Below are positions 39,541 through 51,752 of a stretch of 64,000 bases of DNA, piece by piece. Origin of the DNA: the human T2T-CHM13v2.0 reference genome, Homo sapiens; assembly GCF_009914755.1 (NCBI RefSeq), contig NC_060943.1, one strand, 5' to 3'. Under the pieces are notes generated by a model. That model worked only from the letters and a program-made list of their open reading frames with translations, ran no database searches and had not been told where the DNA came from. Positions within the stretch are counted from its first letter, which is position 1. The number at the start of each line of letters is the position of its first letter. The position numbers and the translations under genes are program-made.

Positions 39541-41123
39541 CTTGATGATTTGCGAGGACGCACGGAACTCCCAGCAAGCTGTCCTCGTCACAGGTAGGGT
39601 TTGTCACAGTGCCGGGGTGCAGGTGCCGTGGGCTGGGGAAGAGCACATGAGGCAGCGTCCCGGAGAAGCCCCGTGGTCCTGTCCGGGGAAGCCGGGAACT
39701 GCTCACTCACAGGGCGCACGGACCACCAGGAAAGGGCACGGCAGCCTAGGCGCCCAGAGCTCTGCGAGGGATCCCTCGTGGGGGCTTGATTGACTGATTG
39801 CTTGCCACGGGGTTGCCCTCGAACTCCAAGGGTGTCTGACGCTGTGAGACCCAAGGCGCTCCCAAGTCCCACGGTTGGTCTTGCTGGTGTGACCCTCCCT
39901 ACCCCAGACCAAGACGCTCCCCTCAGGCAGGGCAGAAATCACCTCCCAAAGCCAAGGCAAAGCCCAGACCTCACCCCGCACGAGAGGATTCCTCACCCCA
40001 CGGGGGAAGGTGCGGGTCTCATCCGTGGCACCGCAGCAGGGCTCAGCCGGTGACCAGGACTGGGTGCCACGGGTGCTGGGTCCGTGCCCACTCCAGCCCC
40101 ACCAGCAGGCAGGGAGGGTACAGGGTGCTGCAGAGGAAACCGAGTCACAGAGAACGGAGGGACTTGTCAGGATTCTGACCCATGGCTGGCAGAGCACAGC
40201 TCCCTGGGGCCCTCTCTGCCAGATGGCAGGGGCCGGCCATGCAAGCAGGTGTCCAGTCCCACCCAGGAAGGGCAGCGTGGGTCCAGCCCTGGTCCGAATT
40301 CCTGTCCTGTCAGCTGGGAGGTGTGCGCAGGCCCCTTTGCCTTCTGTGCCTCGGTGTTTCCATCTGTGGATGGCAGTAGGCAGCGTCTTGCTGAGGATTC
40401 AGCGGGTCCTCCCGCCCACCCACCCACGATGCGCTTAATCAACAGGCCCTGCCCTGCGTGTGACCCTGGAGAGAGGCTCTGGGACCACGTCACTGTACAG
40501 TAGGGTAAACTGAGGCTCAGGCGCCGGCCCGCGGGAATGGCCCGCCCTCGTGGGAGGAGCATGTGTGCGGGTCGGCGTCCGCCTCCTCCTTTTTATTGAA
40601 GTCATTTTTCTCCTCCTGTCAGCGGAACTGGCCGTGGGCAGCCCCTCCCTCCCACCCCCAGGAGCTGAGAAGAAAACAAAAGCTTAATCGAATCCGGCAC
40701 TGGGGCGGTGGGTGCCGCAGAGAGAGGCCGAGGGAGCCCCCGCCTGGGTGGGTCTGAGGCCGCCTGTAATTATGGCCCTGATGTGATTATATTAATTATC
40801 GTCGCTATTTTGTGCCGGCTTCCGCCCGGCGAGCCTGTGGATTGAGCTCTACTGCACACAAGCCGCCAGGGCTCATCACAGACAGAGCCTTCGGCCTCGG
40901 GAGCCTGAGACCCAGAGAAGCCACGCACTGCCCCGGGCCACACCCCACGTGGAAGGTGGGGCTTGAAACTCACCCTGCGGCTCCCCACACACGTCAGGGT
41001 TAGAGGTTCAAGGCCCCAGAGAGGACAGGCCGCAAGGCAGGGGCCCTGGGAAGGTGTTACTCCTCCTCCTCGGATGGGAGAGACCCACTGGATCAGTGTT
41101 CTGTCACCTTAAAAAATGAATCA

Positions 41124-41581
<458 letters not shown>

Positions 41582-42521
41582 CTATGATGGCTCCCCTCTG
41601 AAGAAGGGGCATCTTTTTGTAATTTGCACCAAACGGGGTGCCCCCCGCTTGTGGTGCCCATGGCCTTCCTGAGGGTCGGGAGACTCAGGATGGCCGCCAG
41701 TCTGAAAGGAGAGACTGCTGGCAGGTGTGCCTGCCTCCTTCACCGCACAGCACCCACTGGGGCCGAGCGCTCTGTGGCGCCAGGGATGCTGGAGGTGCAA
41801 ACAGTAGATTCGTTCTGCTCAGGATCAACATCACAAGGCAGCAAACGGCCACAGCCAGGAGGGAACAAGGGCATCTGACTCCCCCGGGGTGGGGGCTGAC
41901 CTGAAGGGCAGTGGGCCAAGACCTGAGGCAGGGCGAGACACCACGCAGGCGCAGAATCCCTGGATGACGCCCACTTGGAAGTGGAGGGGGGAGGGCATGG
42001 GCAGCTGCAGCTCCCAGACACCAGCACACACAAACGCACACACAAGTGCACACCAGCAGCGACACAGGCACACACAAGCGCACACAGGGTCACACATGCA
42101 TACACGGCTCACGTGCTTACACGTGCACACGCCAGCACACAGGCAGCTATACTCGAGTGCCTGCAGGCGCTCACCTGGCACTGTCACATACGCCCAACAG
42201 ATGAGCACGGTAACGGCACACGCAGTCACACTGCACACACATGCGGAAGCACATGGCGACGTGTGTGCACCTACCTGGCACGCACACGCACACACCCGTG
42301 CAGCCTAGCGATGAGTGGCTGGGGCTGAAGAGGCTACAAGGCGCCCGTAGCCCTGTCAACCCGTCCCAGGCCCTGACTGGGGCTCACCAGGCCGCGGTCA
42401 GGAGGCCGGGCTACGCTGAACCCCAATTCCCAAAAGCTCCTGGTGGATTTGAGATGGCAGAGACATCTGGACCCCATGGGCAGCAGGAGAGACAGAGCAG
42501 CCCAGCCTGGGCTGAGAGCAC

Positions 42522-43555
42522 AGGGACGGGTCCTGCCCCGAGGGGTGTGAGGGGGGGACGGGGTCCTGCCCTGAGGGGTGTGGGGGGGACGGGGTCCTGC
42601 CCTGAGGGGTGTGGGGGGGACGGGGTCCTGCCCCGAGGGGTCTGAGGGGGGGACGGGGTCCTGCCCTGAGGGGTGTGGGGGGGACGGGGTCCTGCCCTGA
42701 GGGGTGTGGGGGGGACGGGGTCCTGCCCTGAGGGGTGTGGGGGGGGGACGGGGTCCTGCCCTGAGGGGTGTGGGGGGGACGGGGTCCTGCCCTGAGGGGT
42801 GTGGGGGGGACGGGTCCTGTCCTGAGGGGTCTGAGGGGGGGACGGGGTCCTGCCCTGAGGGGTGTGGGGGGGACGGGGTCCTGCCCTGAGGGGTGTGGGG
42901 GGGGGACGGGGTCCTGCCCTGAGGGGTGTGGGGGGGGGACGGGGTCCTGCCCTGAGGGGTGTGGGGGGGACGGGGTCCTGCCCTGAGGGGTGTGGGGGGG
43001 ACGGGGTCCTGCCCTGAGGGGTGTGGGGGGGACGGGGTCCTGCCCTGAGGGGTCTGAGGGGGAGACGGGTCCTGCCCTGAGGGGTGTGGAGGGGGGATGG
43101 GGTCCTGCCCTGAGGGGTCTGAGGGGGGGACGGGTCCTGCCCCGAGGGGTGTGGAGGGGGGAACGGGGTCCTGCCCTGAGGGGTGTGGGGGGAACGGGGT
43201 CCTGCCCTGAGGGGTGTGGAGGGGGGATGGGGTCCTGCCCTGAGGGGTGTGGAGGGGGGACGGGGTCCTGCCCTGAGGGGTGTGAGGGGGGGACGGGGTC
43301 CTGCCCTGAGGGGTGTGAGGGGGGGACGGGGTCCTGTCCCGAGGGGTGTGGGGGGGGGACGGGGTCCTGCCCTGAGGGGTGTGGGGGGAACGGGGTCCTG
43401 CCCTGAGGGGTGTGGGGGGAACGGGGTCCTGCCCTGAGGGGTGTGGAGGGGGGATGGGGTCCTGCCCTGAGGGGTGTGAGGGGAACGGGGTCCTGCCCTG
43501 AGGGGTGTGGGGGGAACGGGGTCCTGCCCTGAGGGGTGTGAGGGGGATACGGGGC
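42522..43555. repeat. About 31-34-bp G-rich VNTR downstream of C2CD4C
   Basis: GGGGTCCTGCCCTGAGGGGTGTGGGGGGGAC repeated about 30 times. Confidence 0.96.
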
Positions 43556-43910
43556 TGTGTCTAGAGGGGGTCTGTGGAGACAGGGTCCTGTCTGAAGGTT
43601 CTGAGGGGAGGCGGGACCCACCCTGTAGGGACCGTGTGGGGTCCGAGTCCTGTTTCCTGACATCCATGTAGTCAAGAGCTGGAACCGTGAAGCAGAACCC
43701 AGACCTGCCGCTCCAAGGGAGGTGGTTTATCAGGGGCTGGGCTCCTGCCCCCGCCTGCCTCCACCCGGGGCAGGAGAATGCGGAGGGCAGTGGAAAGGAC
43801 CTTGCCAATCTGGAATCCTCTTCTCCTTCCTCCCTGGAGTTCACCGCAGAACTCTCTCGTTATTAAACAGCCAGGGAAGCCAACCTCCACCCCCGTATTC
43901 CCGAAACACC

Positions 43911-43916
43911 TTTATT
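43911..43916 (-). terminator. C2CD4C: C2CD4C polyadenylation signal (AATAAA)
   Basis: TTTATT on plus, about 1.63 kb past the stop, in an AT-rich patch. Confidence 0.75.
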
Positions 43917-45548
43917 GCACTATAAACAGCATTTATAAACAAACACAGCTGGGGAGTGTCTTAAAGATTTACCCACAGTCAACCTCAGACACTAAGATAT
44001 CAAAGAGTGCAGGGGGGCTACTAAACGGGGGACCCCAGGGAGAACAGGGCCTGGGAGGGGTGAGCATCAGAGAAGGCGGGGAGCGCCGGCGTCTCTCTCC
44101 ATGCAGGGCACCCTCCCCGCCTCCCCGGCCTGAGGAGCCTCCGCCCTGGGTGCCCTGGCTTCCGGGAGAGAGCGGAGCCCTGCAACACCAGGCTCAGAAG
44201 GGGCCTGCACTCTCCCTCTGGAGGGCTCACAGGTGTGTCCCACCGGACGTGCAGCAGGGGCCCAGCTGCTCCTCCAGTCCTGGGAAGCAGCTCCTCCACC
44301 CTCCCCTGGACAAGAGGAACAATGTGTGGCAAACGGGCTGACAAGGGACGTCCCTGGGTACCACAGATGTGCCCTGGTTCCCCCGTGCCCACCAGCAGCC
44401 GGGAGAGGCGAAGGCACTGGCCTGGCCTGGCCCCTGCTTTGAGTCTTATCATTTCTGCATCATTCTGAGCTGGAAACCTCCCCAAAATCATTCAAGGACC
44501 CACATAACCACACAATGGAAGCCTTGCAGCCACCTAACAGCAGGAAAGGCCATAGCCAGGTCCCCCCAGCTGCCTCCTGGGCTCCGACCCACCCACCGTA
44601 GCCACAGCCTATTTACACACGTGGCGTCAAAGCCACGGCCGTCAATCACTGCGTGTCGCTCCCAGCTGCAGACGCTGGACAAAAGGGCGACGGGGTGGCA
44701 GCCCCCAGCGAGGACGGATGGGCCATAGGGCTGCTCTCTGGGCATCTCTGAGCAAGACCCTCCGGCGCCACAGCAGAAATGGCCAGACGGGCCTGTACCC
44801 AAAAAGCCAGCGGCGACAGTGTCGGAGGAAAACAGGCCAGGAGAGCCGTCTCCTCCCCGCGGACCTCTGCCAAGACCTCCTCTGCTCCGACTGTGGCAGC
44901 GGCTGCTCCCTCCGCGCCCACCCTCGTCAGGGCACCCTCGCCTGGCCCCGCTCCCCACCGGAGCCTGGGAAGCTGGGGTCTCCCAGAGCCAAGCCTGACC
45001 CCTGGGAGGGGGCGTCCCGGGCAGAGCCTGGGCCTGGTGTGGCCGCGAGGCCCTGCTCTCCGCGGGGTGGGAACTGGATGGCGGCAGGCTGTGGGGGAGG
45101 AAGACACACGTGCAGTGAAGGAGACTGTGGGCTCCAAGACTTGTCACCTCCCTGTCCACGGCCCCGCCCTGGCCACGTGCACGGATTCCTGGACCCCTGA
45201 GAACCTCCTTCTAGAACTCTGCGTGAAAGGCGCGAGGCAGTGTGGAGGGGCAAAGGGGGACCCTCTGCCCCGCGAAGTGGCCCCTTCTCTTCCCCCGAGG
45301 CCCCTCTCCTCCTCCTCCTCCTCCTCCAAAGGAGAAATTAATTCATGAAAAATAATACTCCAGTCAGCATCGGGTGACCCAGGAAAACCTGCGTCAGCTA
45401 CAGCATCAGCGCCCAGCCCAGCCTGAGTGTGAGCCCCTCCCCGCCCAGCCCCAGCCCAAGCCAGCGGACCCGCCCGCCAGCACCCGGTGTGGAGGAGAGA
45501 CCGGGGTCTGCCCTCTGCACCCGAGCGGACAGCGAGCAGGTCCCCGCT

Positions 45549-46814
45549 CTACAGGAAGGGGAGCAGGGAGGTCAGGGGCAGCTCCTTCTCCCCGAGCAGC
45601 GTGTCCCGCTTGAGGCTGCTGCCCTTGTTCACCACCTTGATCCTGAGGGCCAGTTTCCGGACGCTGGCGGGCCCCAGGCCGTCGAAGAAGAAATCCTCGT
45701 TGAAGACGGGGCGGCGGCTGTTCTTCACGATGGTGCTGCGCTGCTTCTGCAGCTTGCCCGGCACCAGGCACAGGCCCACGCAGCAGTTGATGCTGCGGGC
45801 GTCGCACAGGCGGTCGTAGAGGCCCTCGGCGGCCAGCAGGTGCACCCGCAGGCGGGCCTGGCCGGCCTCGTACTCGGCCAGCAGCCGCACGCTGCCCCGA
45901 GGGCCCACGTGGACCGTGTGCTCCCCACGCGCCTGGCCCGACTCGGGGCCAGGTTCCGGGGGTGCCCGGCGGGTCAGGCGGCGCCGGCTCCCGGGGCTGG
46001 CGTCCGGGGTGCTGTCGTCCGCAGACAGGGAGCCGTGGCGGCCCACGGAGTGCCGGAGCTGGCTCACCTTGGCCTGGCTGTCCTGGGCGAAACCTTTGAG
46101 CAGAGACACGGAGCGGGACAGCAGAGGGGACCCGAAGGGGGAGGACTCGGCCGAGGACCCTGTGTCGCTCTCCCCGCCACTGAAGTAGCGGCCGGGGCTC
46201 ATGAGGGCCCCGCCAGCCTCCCTGGGGCCCCCATCACCCCCGTTGGCCTTGGCAGCTGCCCGGCGGCGCCCGGCCCCTGGGGAGCCCACCTGGGCCAGAG
46301 CCCCGTGCTCACTGTGGAACAGAGACTCCTTGCGCCTCGTGTGGGGGCTCTCGGCCAGCATGGCGAAGCCGTAGGACGTCTGGGCCTTGGGCACCGAGGG
46401 CAGGGACATGGCACCCTGGGCCTGGGGGTCGGCGTCAGTGGCCTCCTCGGACAGCCAGTCCTCGGCACTCTCGATCTGGATCACGTGCCGGGTGGCTGCC
46501 TTCAGCAGGCTCTTGCTCTCGGCTGCCAGCTTGGCAGGCAGCCGGGGGCTCCGTGGGGTCTGGCGGGGGGCCGCAGAGGCCAGGTTCTGTTCCGACGTGG
46601 AGGGGCCCAGCGCGGCCTGTCCCTCGCCCTCCGCGGGGCCCGAGGGCAGCTTGGGGGGGATGAAAAAGTCGGGGATCTTGTCGGGCGTCAACACATTGCT
46701 GTACAGGGGCCCCTTGGAGGCCTTGTCCCCCGCCTCACTCCCCACGCCCCGGGCAGCACCGTTTTCCCCAGACCCCCGAAGCCGCTCCAAGAACCACATG
46801 TTGGTTTTTCTCAT
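45549..46814 (-). CDS. C2CD4C: C2 calcium-dependent domain-containing protein 4C (421 aa, CDS in one exon)
   Basis: MRKTNMWFLERL..., family motif NVLTPDKIPDFFIPPKL, C-terminal C2 domain (RLRVHLLAAEGL...PVFNEDFFF...LRIKVVNK); acceptor cttcccAG at 46855-46856. Confidence 0.97.
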   Translation of the reverse strand: MRKTNMWFLERLRGSGENGAARGVGSEAGDKASKGPLYSNVLTPDKIPDFFIPPKLPSGPAEGEGQAALGPSTSEQNLASAAPRQTPRSPRLPAKLAAESKSLLKAATRHVIQIESAEDWLSEEATDADPQAQGAMSLPSVPKAQTSYGFAMLAESPHTRRKESLFHSEHGALAQVGSPGAGRRRAAAKANGGDGGPREAGGALMSPGRYFSGGESDTGSSAESSPFGSPLLSRSVSLLKGFAQDSQAKVSQLRHSVGRHGSLSADDSTPDASPGSRRRLTRRAPPEPGPESGQARGEHTVHVGPRGSVRLLAEYEAGQARLRVHLLAAEGLYDRLCDARSINCCVGLCLVPGKLQKQRSTIVKNSRRPVFNEDFFFDGLGPASVRKLALRIKVVNKGSSLKRDTLLGEKELPLTSLLPFL

Positions 46815-47458
46815 GGGGGCGGCAGGCAAGAGGCCCGGACAGGGGCTGCAGCGTCTGGGAAGAGAAGCAGGGGTCAGGAGCAGTGGGGGGCGGCTGGCAG
46901 AGGGCCCTGGGCACCTGCTCCCTGTGGGGCCTCCCGGCAGGGCCCTGCCGGCGGGGTGGGGGTGGAGGGGTCCCCTGGGGGCGTCCCGCCCAGGCGCGGC
47001 GGCCCAGGACAGGAGTGAGGCGGGTTCCCCCCACCTTTTTCCGGAGAGATCCCGCTTAACTTCCCAGCACCAAGCCCAGGGGCGTGGGGGCCGCGCTCTG
47101 ACTCTCCGGGGAGCTCCCAGAGGAGACTGGCCCCTCGCCCGCCCCCACTCTGGTTTTGAGCATCTCAGCGCTCATTCCAAAGGGTTCCGCGCTCAGTCCC
47201 AGGGGAAGACACGGATGTGGGTGGACCCCCGGGGTGTCCCAGCTCCGCCCCCCCGGCTCCCACCCACCTGTGGCTCCTCCCTGGACCGGAGGGCCAGGCG
47301 TTCGGGGTGGGGGAAGGGAGGGGCGGTAGGTCTGGGGCCGAGAGAGCAGCGAGTCGACTCCCCGGTGTCCCCCCGCCCCCAGCCCTCCCCGACTCCGCTT
47401 GGGGTGGGGGGTGGGGTCCCGGCGGTCCCCGCAGACCGGGCGGGGTCCCCGGACTTAC

Positions 47459-47600
47459 CTGCCCGGGGTGATGGCCCGAGGCCGGAGGTCTGTTCGCAGA
47501 CACGCAGGGGTCTCGGCGCGCAGGCTCCCGGGGCTGGCGCGGGGGACGCGGCCGGAGCTTCGATGCGGGCGGCGGCGGCGGCGGCAGCGCAGTCGGACTC
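47459..47600 (-). other. C2CD4C: C2CD4C non-coding exon 1 (5' end approximate)
   Basis: Consensus donor CAG|GTAAGT at 47459/47458 within the CpG island; TSS not resolvable from sequence. Confidence 0.75.
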
Positions 47601-49174
47601 ATTCACCCGCGGCGGGAAACCGCCCAGCCCCGCCGCCGCCGCCGCCGTATTCCTCCGAGTACGGCCGCCCGCGCCCGCGCCCGCGCCCCCGCCCCCGCGG
47701 GAAGGGGGTGGGGCCGTCTCCCCGCAGCCCCCGGAGGCTGGTGGCAGGGAGGAGCCTCGCCAGGGCCCGGGGGCTGACTGGGGGCCGGTGGGAGACAAGC
47801 AGGTGGTCACGGTTGGCTGACGGCCACCCCCGGCGCTCACGCCCGCAGATTCCGGGAAGTCGGACTCCCAAGCCCCTGCCTCCGTATACCGGAAGAGGGT
47901 CCCAGACCCCCTACTCGCTGCCGGCGAGGAGCTTTCCCGACTAACGACGACGAATTAAATGACGGCAACAGTAATAAATGCAGCTGGGTTTATGATGGAG
48001 CGTTTCCTCCCTGCCAGCCTCCCAGCGTCCTGGCGGGTCTCTGACTCTCACACAACCCAGTACGCAGGTCCTACTGCAATTCTCAATCTGTAGATGAGGA
48101 AGGTGGGGGGTTTCCTTCCAGAAACAAGGACCGAACAGCTAGGACAGCAGGTCTTACTAAATGGGCAACCTCTCAGCAGCCCTACAAGAAGCCTGGAAGG
48201 GGGGGGCTCCTTCATTTCATGGACAAACGTTTCCTGAGCACCCGCTTGATGCTGGACAGTGACCTGGCCACCGGGGACACAGCTGGGACGGAGGGAGGTG
48301 GCCCCAGCCCTGGTGATGCAGGGGCAGGATGCCCACAGAGCGTACAGGTGCAGCTTAGAACTGCAGGGGTGGTGACGCCCGGAACAGGAATACAGCAGGA
48401 AAGCGTGAGGGTCGGGGCGAAGAGAGAAGACACATGCGTGTGATTCACGGATGGAGAAACCCATAGGGGGCAAGACCAGGTCCAAACCCAGGCTTCCTGG
48501 CAGTTCCTGAGACCACAGGGTCCCCCCCTCCTGAGGCCCCGACCCCCCTCCTGCCAGCTGCTTCGTGATCTGCCAGCCCCGGCCTTCACTGCTTCCTTCT
48601 CTCCCTCCCTCCCTGCCCTCCCCGCCTCAGTTTCCTCTTCTGGAACCGAGCTGAGCAGTTCCCAGCCTCCTCGTGCTTGGAGCCAGCAAGATAACATATC
48701 CCCAGGACCAACCCGGAGCCGGCGGACGCCTGGCGCTTTATTGAATTATTGATTGTCCAGGAGCCTCCTGCATTCTGGGAATGTCCCCAAGTCTGGATGT
48801 GGCCCAAGCTGGGAGGAGCGGCTGCTGCCACAGTGGTAGAAGAGGGGTCCAGGAGGGCGAGAGAGCTGGGCTGAGGCCTCCCCACTCTCCACGTACCCTT
48901 GCAATAAGGGGTTAGAGTCCTGCCGTCCAGAGGGGAAAGTGAAACCCGGAGGAGCTGTGACCCCATCTAAGCTTTGCTCACCCAGCAAACGTTGATGAGC
49001 CCTCATTTTTGTGCTGGGGCAACCGCGACGCAGCCCCGAAGTCTGACAAGGAGGCAGACACCGAGGAATTCTCCCCTTCACCGCCGCCGCCTCCAGGAAG
49101 CCTGGGCAGGCCCCACCACAGACTAGCAGGGCCCCCGAACCCCAGCTCCAGCTGCCATGCAGAATACCCTTGGG

Positions 49175-49700
49175 CTGCTGTCCACCACCCCTGCTGGGCC
49201 TGAGGCGGGAGAAGGGTCCTGGGGGTCTGTCCACCGCCCCTGCTGGGCACGGATCCTGGGGGTCTGTCCACCGCCCCTGCTGGGCACGGATCCTGGGGGT
49301 CTGTCCACCGCCCCTGCTGGGCCCGAGCCGGGAGGAGGGTCCTGGGGATCTGTCCACCGCCCCTGCTGGGCACGGATCCTGGGGGTCTGTCCACCGTCTC
49401 TGCTGGGCCCGGATCCTGGGGGTCTGTCCACCGCCCCTGCTGGGCACGGATCCTGGGGGTCTGTCCACCGTCTCTGCTGGGCCCGGATCCTGGGGGTCTG
49501 TCCACCGCCCCTACTGGGCACGGATCCTGGGGGTCTGTCCACCGCCCCTGCTGGGCACGGATCCTGGGGGTCTGTCCACCGTCTCTGCTGGGCCTGGATC
49601 CTTGGGGTCTGTCCACCACCCCTGCTGGGCCCGGATCCTGGGGGTCTGTCCACCGTCTCTGCTGGGCCCGAGCCGGGAGGAGGGTCCTGGAGGTCCTGTC
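49175..49700. repeat. 37-bp VNTR upstream of C2CD4C
   Basis: GGGGGTCTGTCCACCGCCCCTGCTGGGCACGGATCCT repeated about 13 times. Confidence 0.94.
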
Positions 49701-51194
49701 CCTGTAGTGGCCCCAAGGCACAGGCCAGCCATGTCTCCAGTAAACATTTGCCAAACAAATGGGTGAATAGCATCGCCACGATGGCCCCGAAACAGTGCTC
49801 TTTCAGCAGGCCCGAGGAGAGGGGGCCTCAGGGGCCACAGAGCCACCCTCCTCCATTGCAGACAAGGACAGCAGGGCCTGGGGAGGGAAGCGGACAGCTT
49901 GGGTCCTAGGAAGGGGCAGTGACGGGTCTCCTGACATCAGGCCAGCCCCAGGTATTGGGGGTTCGCTCTCCGGCACCCCTGCCCAGCCCAGGTGGGGGCA
50001 GAGCCTCTCCTGCCAGCTGGGTTGGGGGATGAGGCACTGAGTTTACACTATGCCTGTCTCCATGCTAGGACACAAATCCAGAGCTGGTCAATCAGGGCTT
50101 GAATCCTGGTGCCAACCCTTCCCACTGTGTGACGCTGGACAAGCATCCAGACCTCTGTCTCTTCAACAGCCCAGGGCACCACGGCTCTCGAGGGAGGGCT
50201 CAACAGATCACTATGTGCAAAGTGCCTACAGCACCCCACCATGTGTGCGAGGCAGGCGTCAGTCGCCCTCTCCCTCAGACGCTTCTGCAGGTCAGGAAGG
50301 GTCTCAACCAGGGGGGAGCTGGCCCAGACCTCAAAGTGCACCCCAGAGCCCTGACCCCACCACAGCCTGGCTTGGCCAGAAGCCCCACCCCATCCCCACA
50401 CCCTATCACATTTGGGGGCTGGGGAAACATAGGCCTGAAAAGTACCTGGGATGGGTCCTAACACCTGCCCTGTGGACGGACGCAGACCCCACCCTGGGTG
50501 GGGCAGGGGCAGGGAGCCCGGGGCCTTCTGGCTGCTTAGCTCTGCACCATCGGTAAGTAAACAGGAGCCTCTCCTGGTCAACAGAACCTTCTGCTTCCCT
50601 CTGCAGCAGCCTCGCTGCAGCCCTCCAGGATGGGAGACCAGGATGCTGCAGATTCGGGCTCAAGCTGGAGGAGGGGCCCAGGTGGTATCGACCAGCCCCT
50701 CTCCGCCCTGAGTCGTGGCGCCTCATGCTGGGAGGCTTTGGCCCTCCATCCCCCCAGGTGGGGGCCCCACCAGGGACCCGGGGCTTCCCAGAGCCAGGCC
50801 TGAATCCAAGGCTGCCCCACAGTGGCCTCCAGGATAACAGGCTTGGAGGACCTACAGGGAGGTGGTTTAAAAAGGGGAGGGCTGCAATCCGAGCTCCAAT
50901 GCTGAGGAGGCCACTGGGTAGCTGTGCAGCTTGAAGACTTACCCTGGGAGCCTCAGGAAAGGGAGGGGACGGCGTAACAATAAAACAATCCCAGGAGCAG
51001 GACTGTCTGCGAGCTCCCAGGAGGGACCTGACTGATTCGTGCATCACGGGTTAGCCCAGTGGGAGGGCCCTGGAGGGCCACCATCGCCAGTTTCCAGAGA
51101 GGGACACTGAGGCACCGGGGAGTAGCCCGATTCCTCAGGGAGCACATGGAACCGGCTGACCTCCAGGCCTGCCGCAGGCGGGGTACTCAGTTGA

Positions 51195-51752
51195 TACTAG
51201 CTGATTCCCGGGGCATCCTGCCCCTCCACGGCACCAGCTGATACCCAGGTCATCCTGGCCATCTATGGCACCAGCTGATACCCGGGGTGTCCTGGCCCTT
51301 CCATGGCACCAGCTGATACCCAGGACATCCTGGTCATCTATGCCACCAGCTGATACCTGGGGCATCCTGGCCCTCTATGGCACCAGCTGATTCCCGGGGC
51401 GTCCTGGCCCCTCCACGGCACCAGCCGATTCCCGGGGCGTCCTGGTCCCTCCACGGCACCAGCTGATTCCCGGGGATCCTGGCCCTCTATGGCACCAGCT
51501 GATTCCCGGGGCATCCTGGCCCCTCCACGGCACCAGCTGATTCCCGGGGATCCTGGCCCTCTATGGCACCGGCTGATTCCCGGGGCATCCTGGCCCCTCC
51601 ACGGCACCAGCTGATTCCCGGGGATCCTGGCCCTCTATGGCACCGGCTGATTCCCGGGGCATCCTGGCCCCTCCACGGCACCAGCTGATTCCCGGGGCAT
51701 CCTGGCCCCTCCATGGCACTAGCTGATTCCTGGGGCATCCTGGCCCCTCCAC
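51195..51752. repeat. 36/38-bp tandem repeat, about 15 copies
   Basis: CAGCTGATTCCCGGGGCATCCTGGCCCCTCCACGGCAC alternating with a 36-bp CTCTATGG variant. Confidence 0.93.

Larger units (their letters stand above)
45400..47950. promoter_or_regulatory. CpG island over the C2CD4C promoter and gene body
   Basis: Very high GC and CpG density, GC boxes, (GCC)n runs at 47565-47700. Confidence 0.85.

Noticed and set aside
38280-39793. About 400-aa collagen-like ORFs in three frames
   Set aside because: 29/30-bp VNTR artefact.
42398-43844. 425- and 477-aa Pro-rich ORFs
   Set aside because: G-rich VNTR artefact.
46815-46829. ORF-track N-terminus MPAAP for C2CD4C
   Set aside because: The first codon is TTG; the first ATG is at 46814.
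45429-47820. 529- and 477-aa plus-strand ORFs antisense to C2CD4C
   Set aside because: Shadow ORFs expected opposite a very GC-rich CDS and CpG island; no recognisable domain.
49175-49700. Tandem CTCF or REST sites in the 37-bp VNTR
   Set aside because: CCAGCAGGGGCGG is one G short at the CTCF core, and only a GGACAG half-site of RE1 is present; too weak to call.
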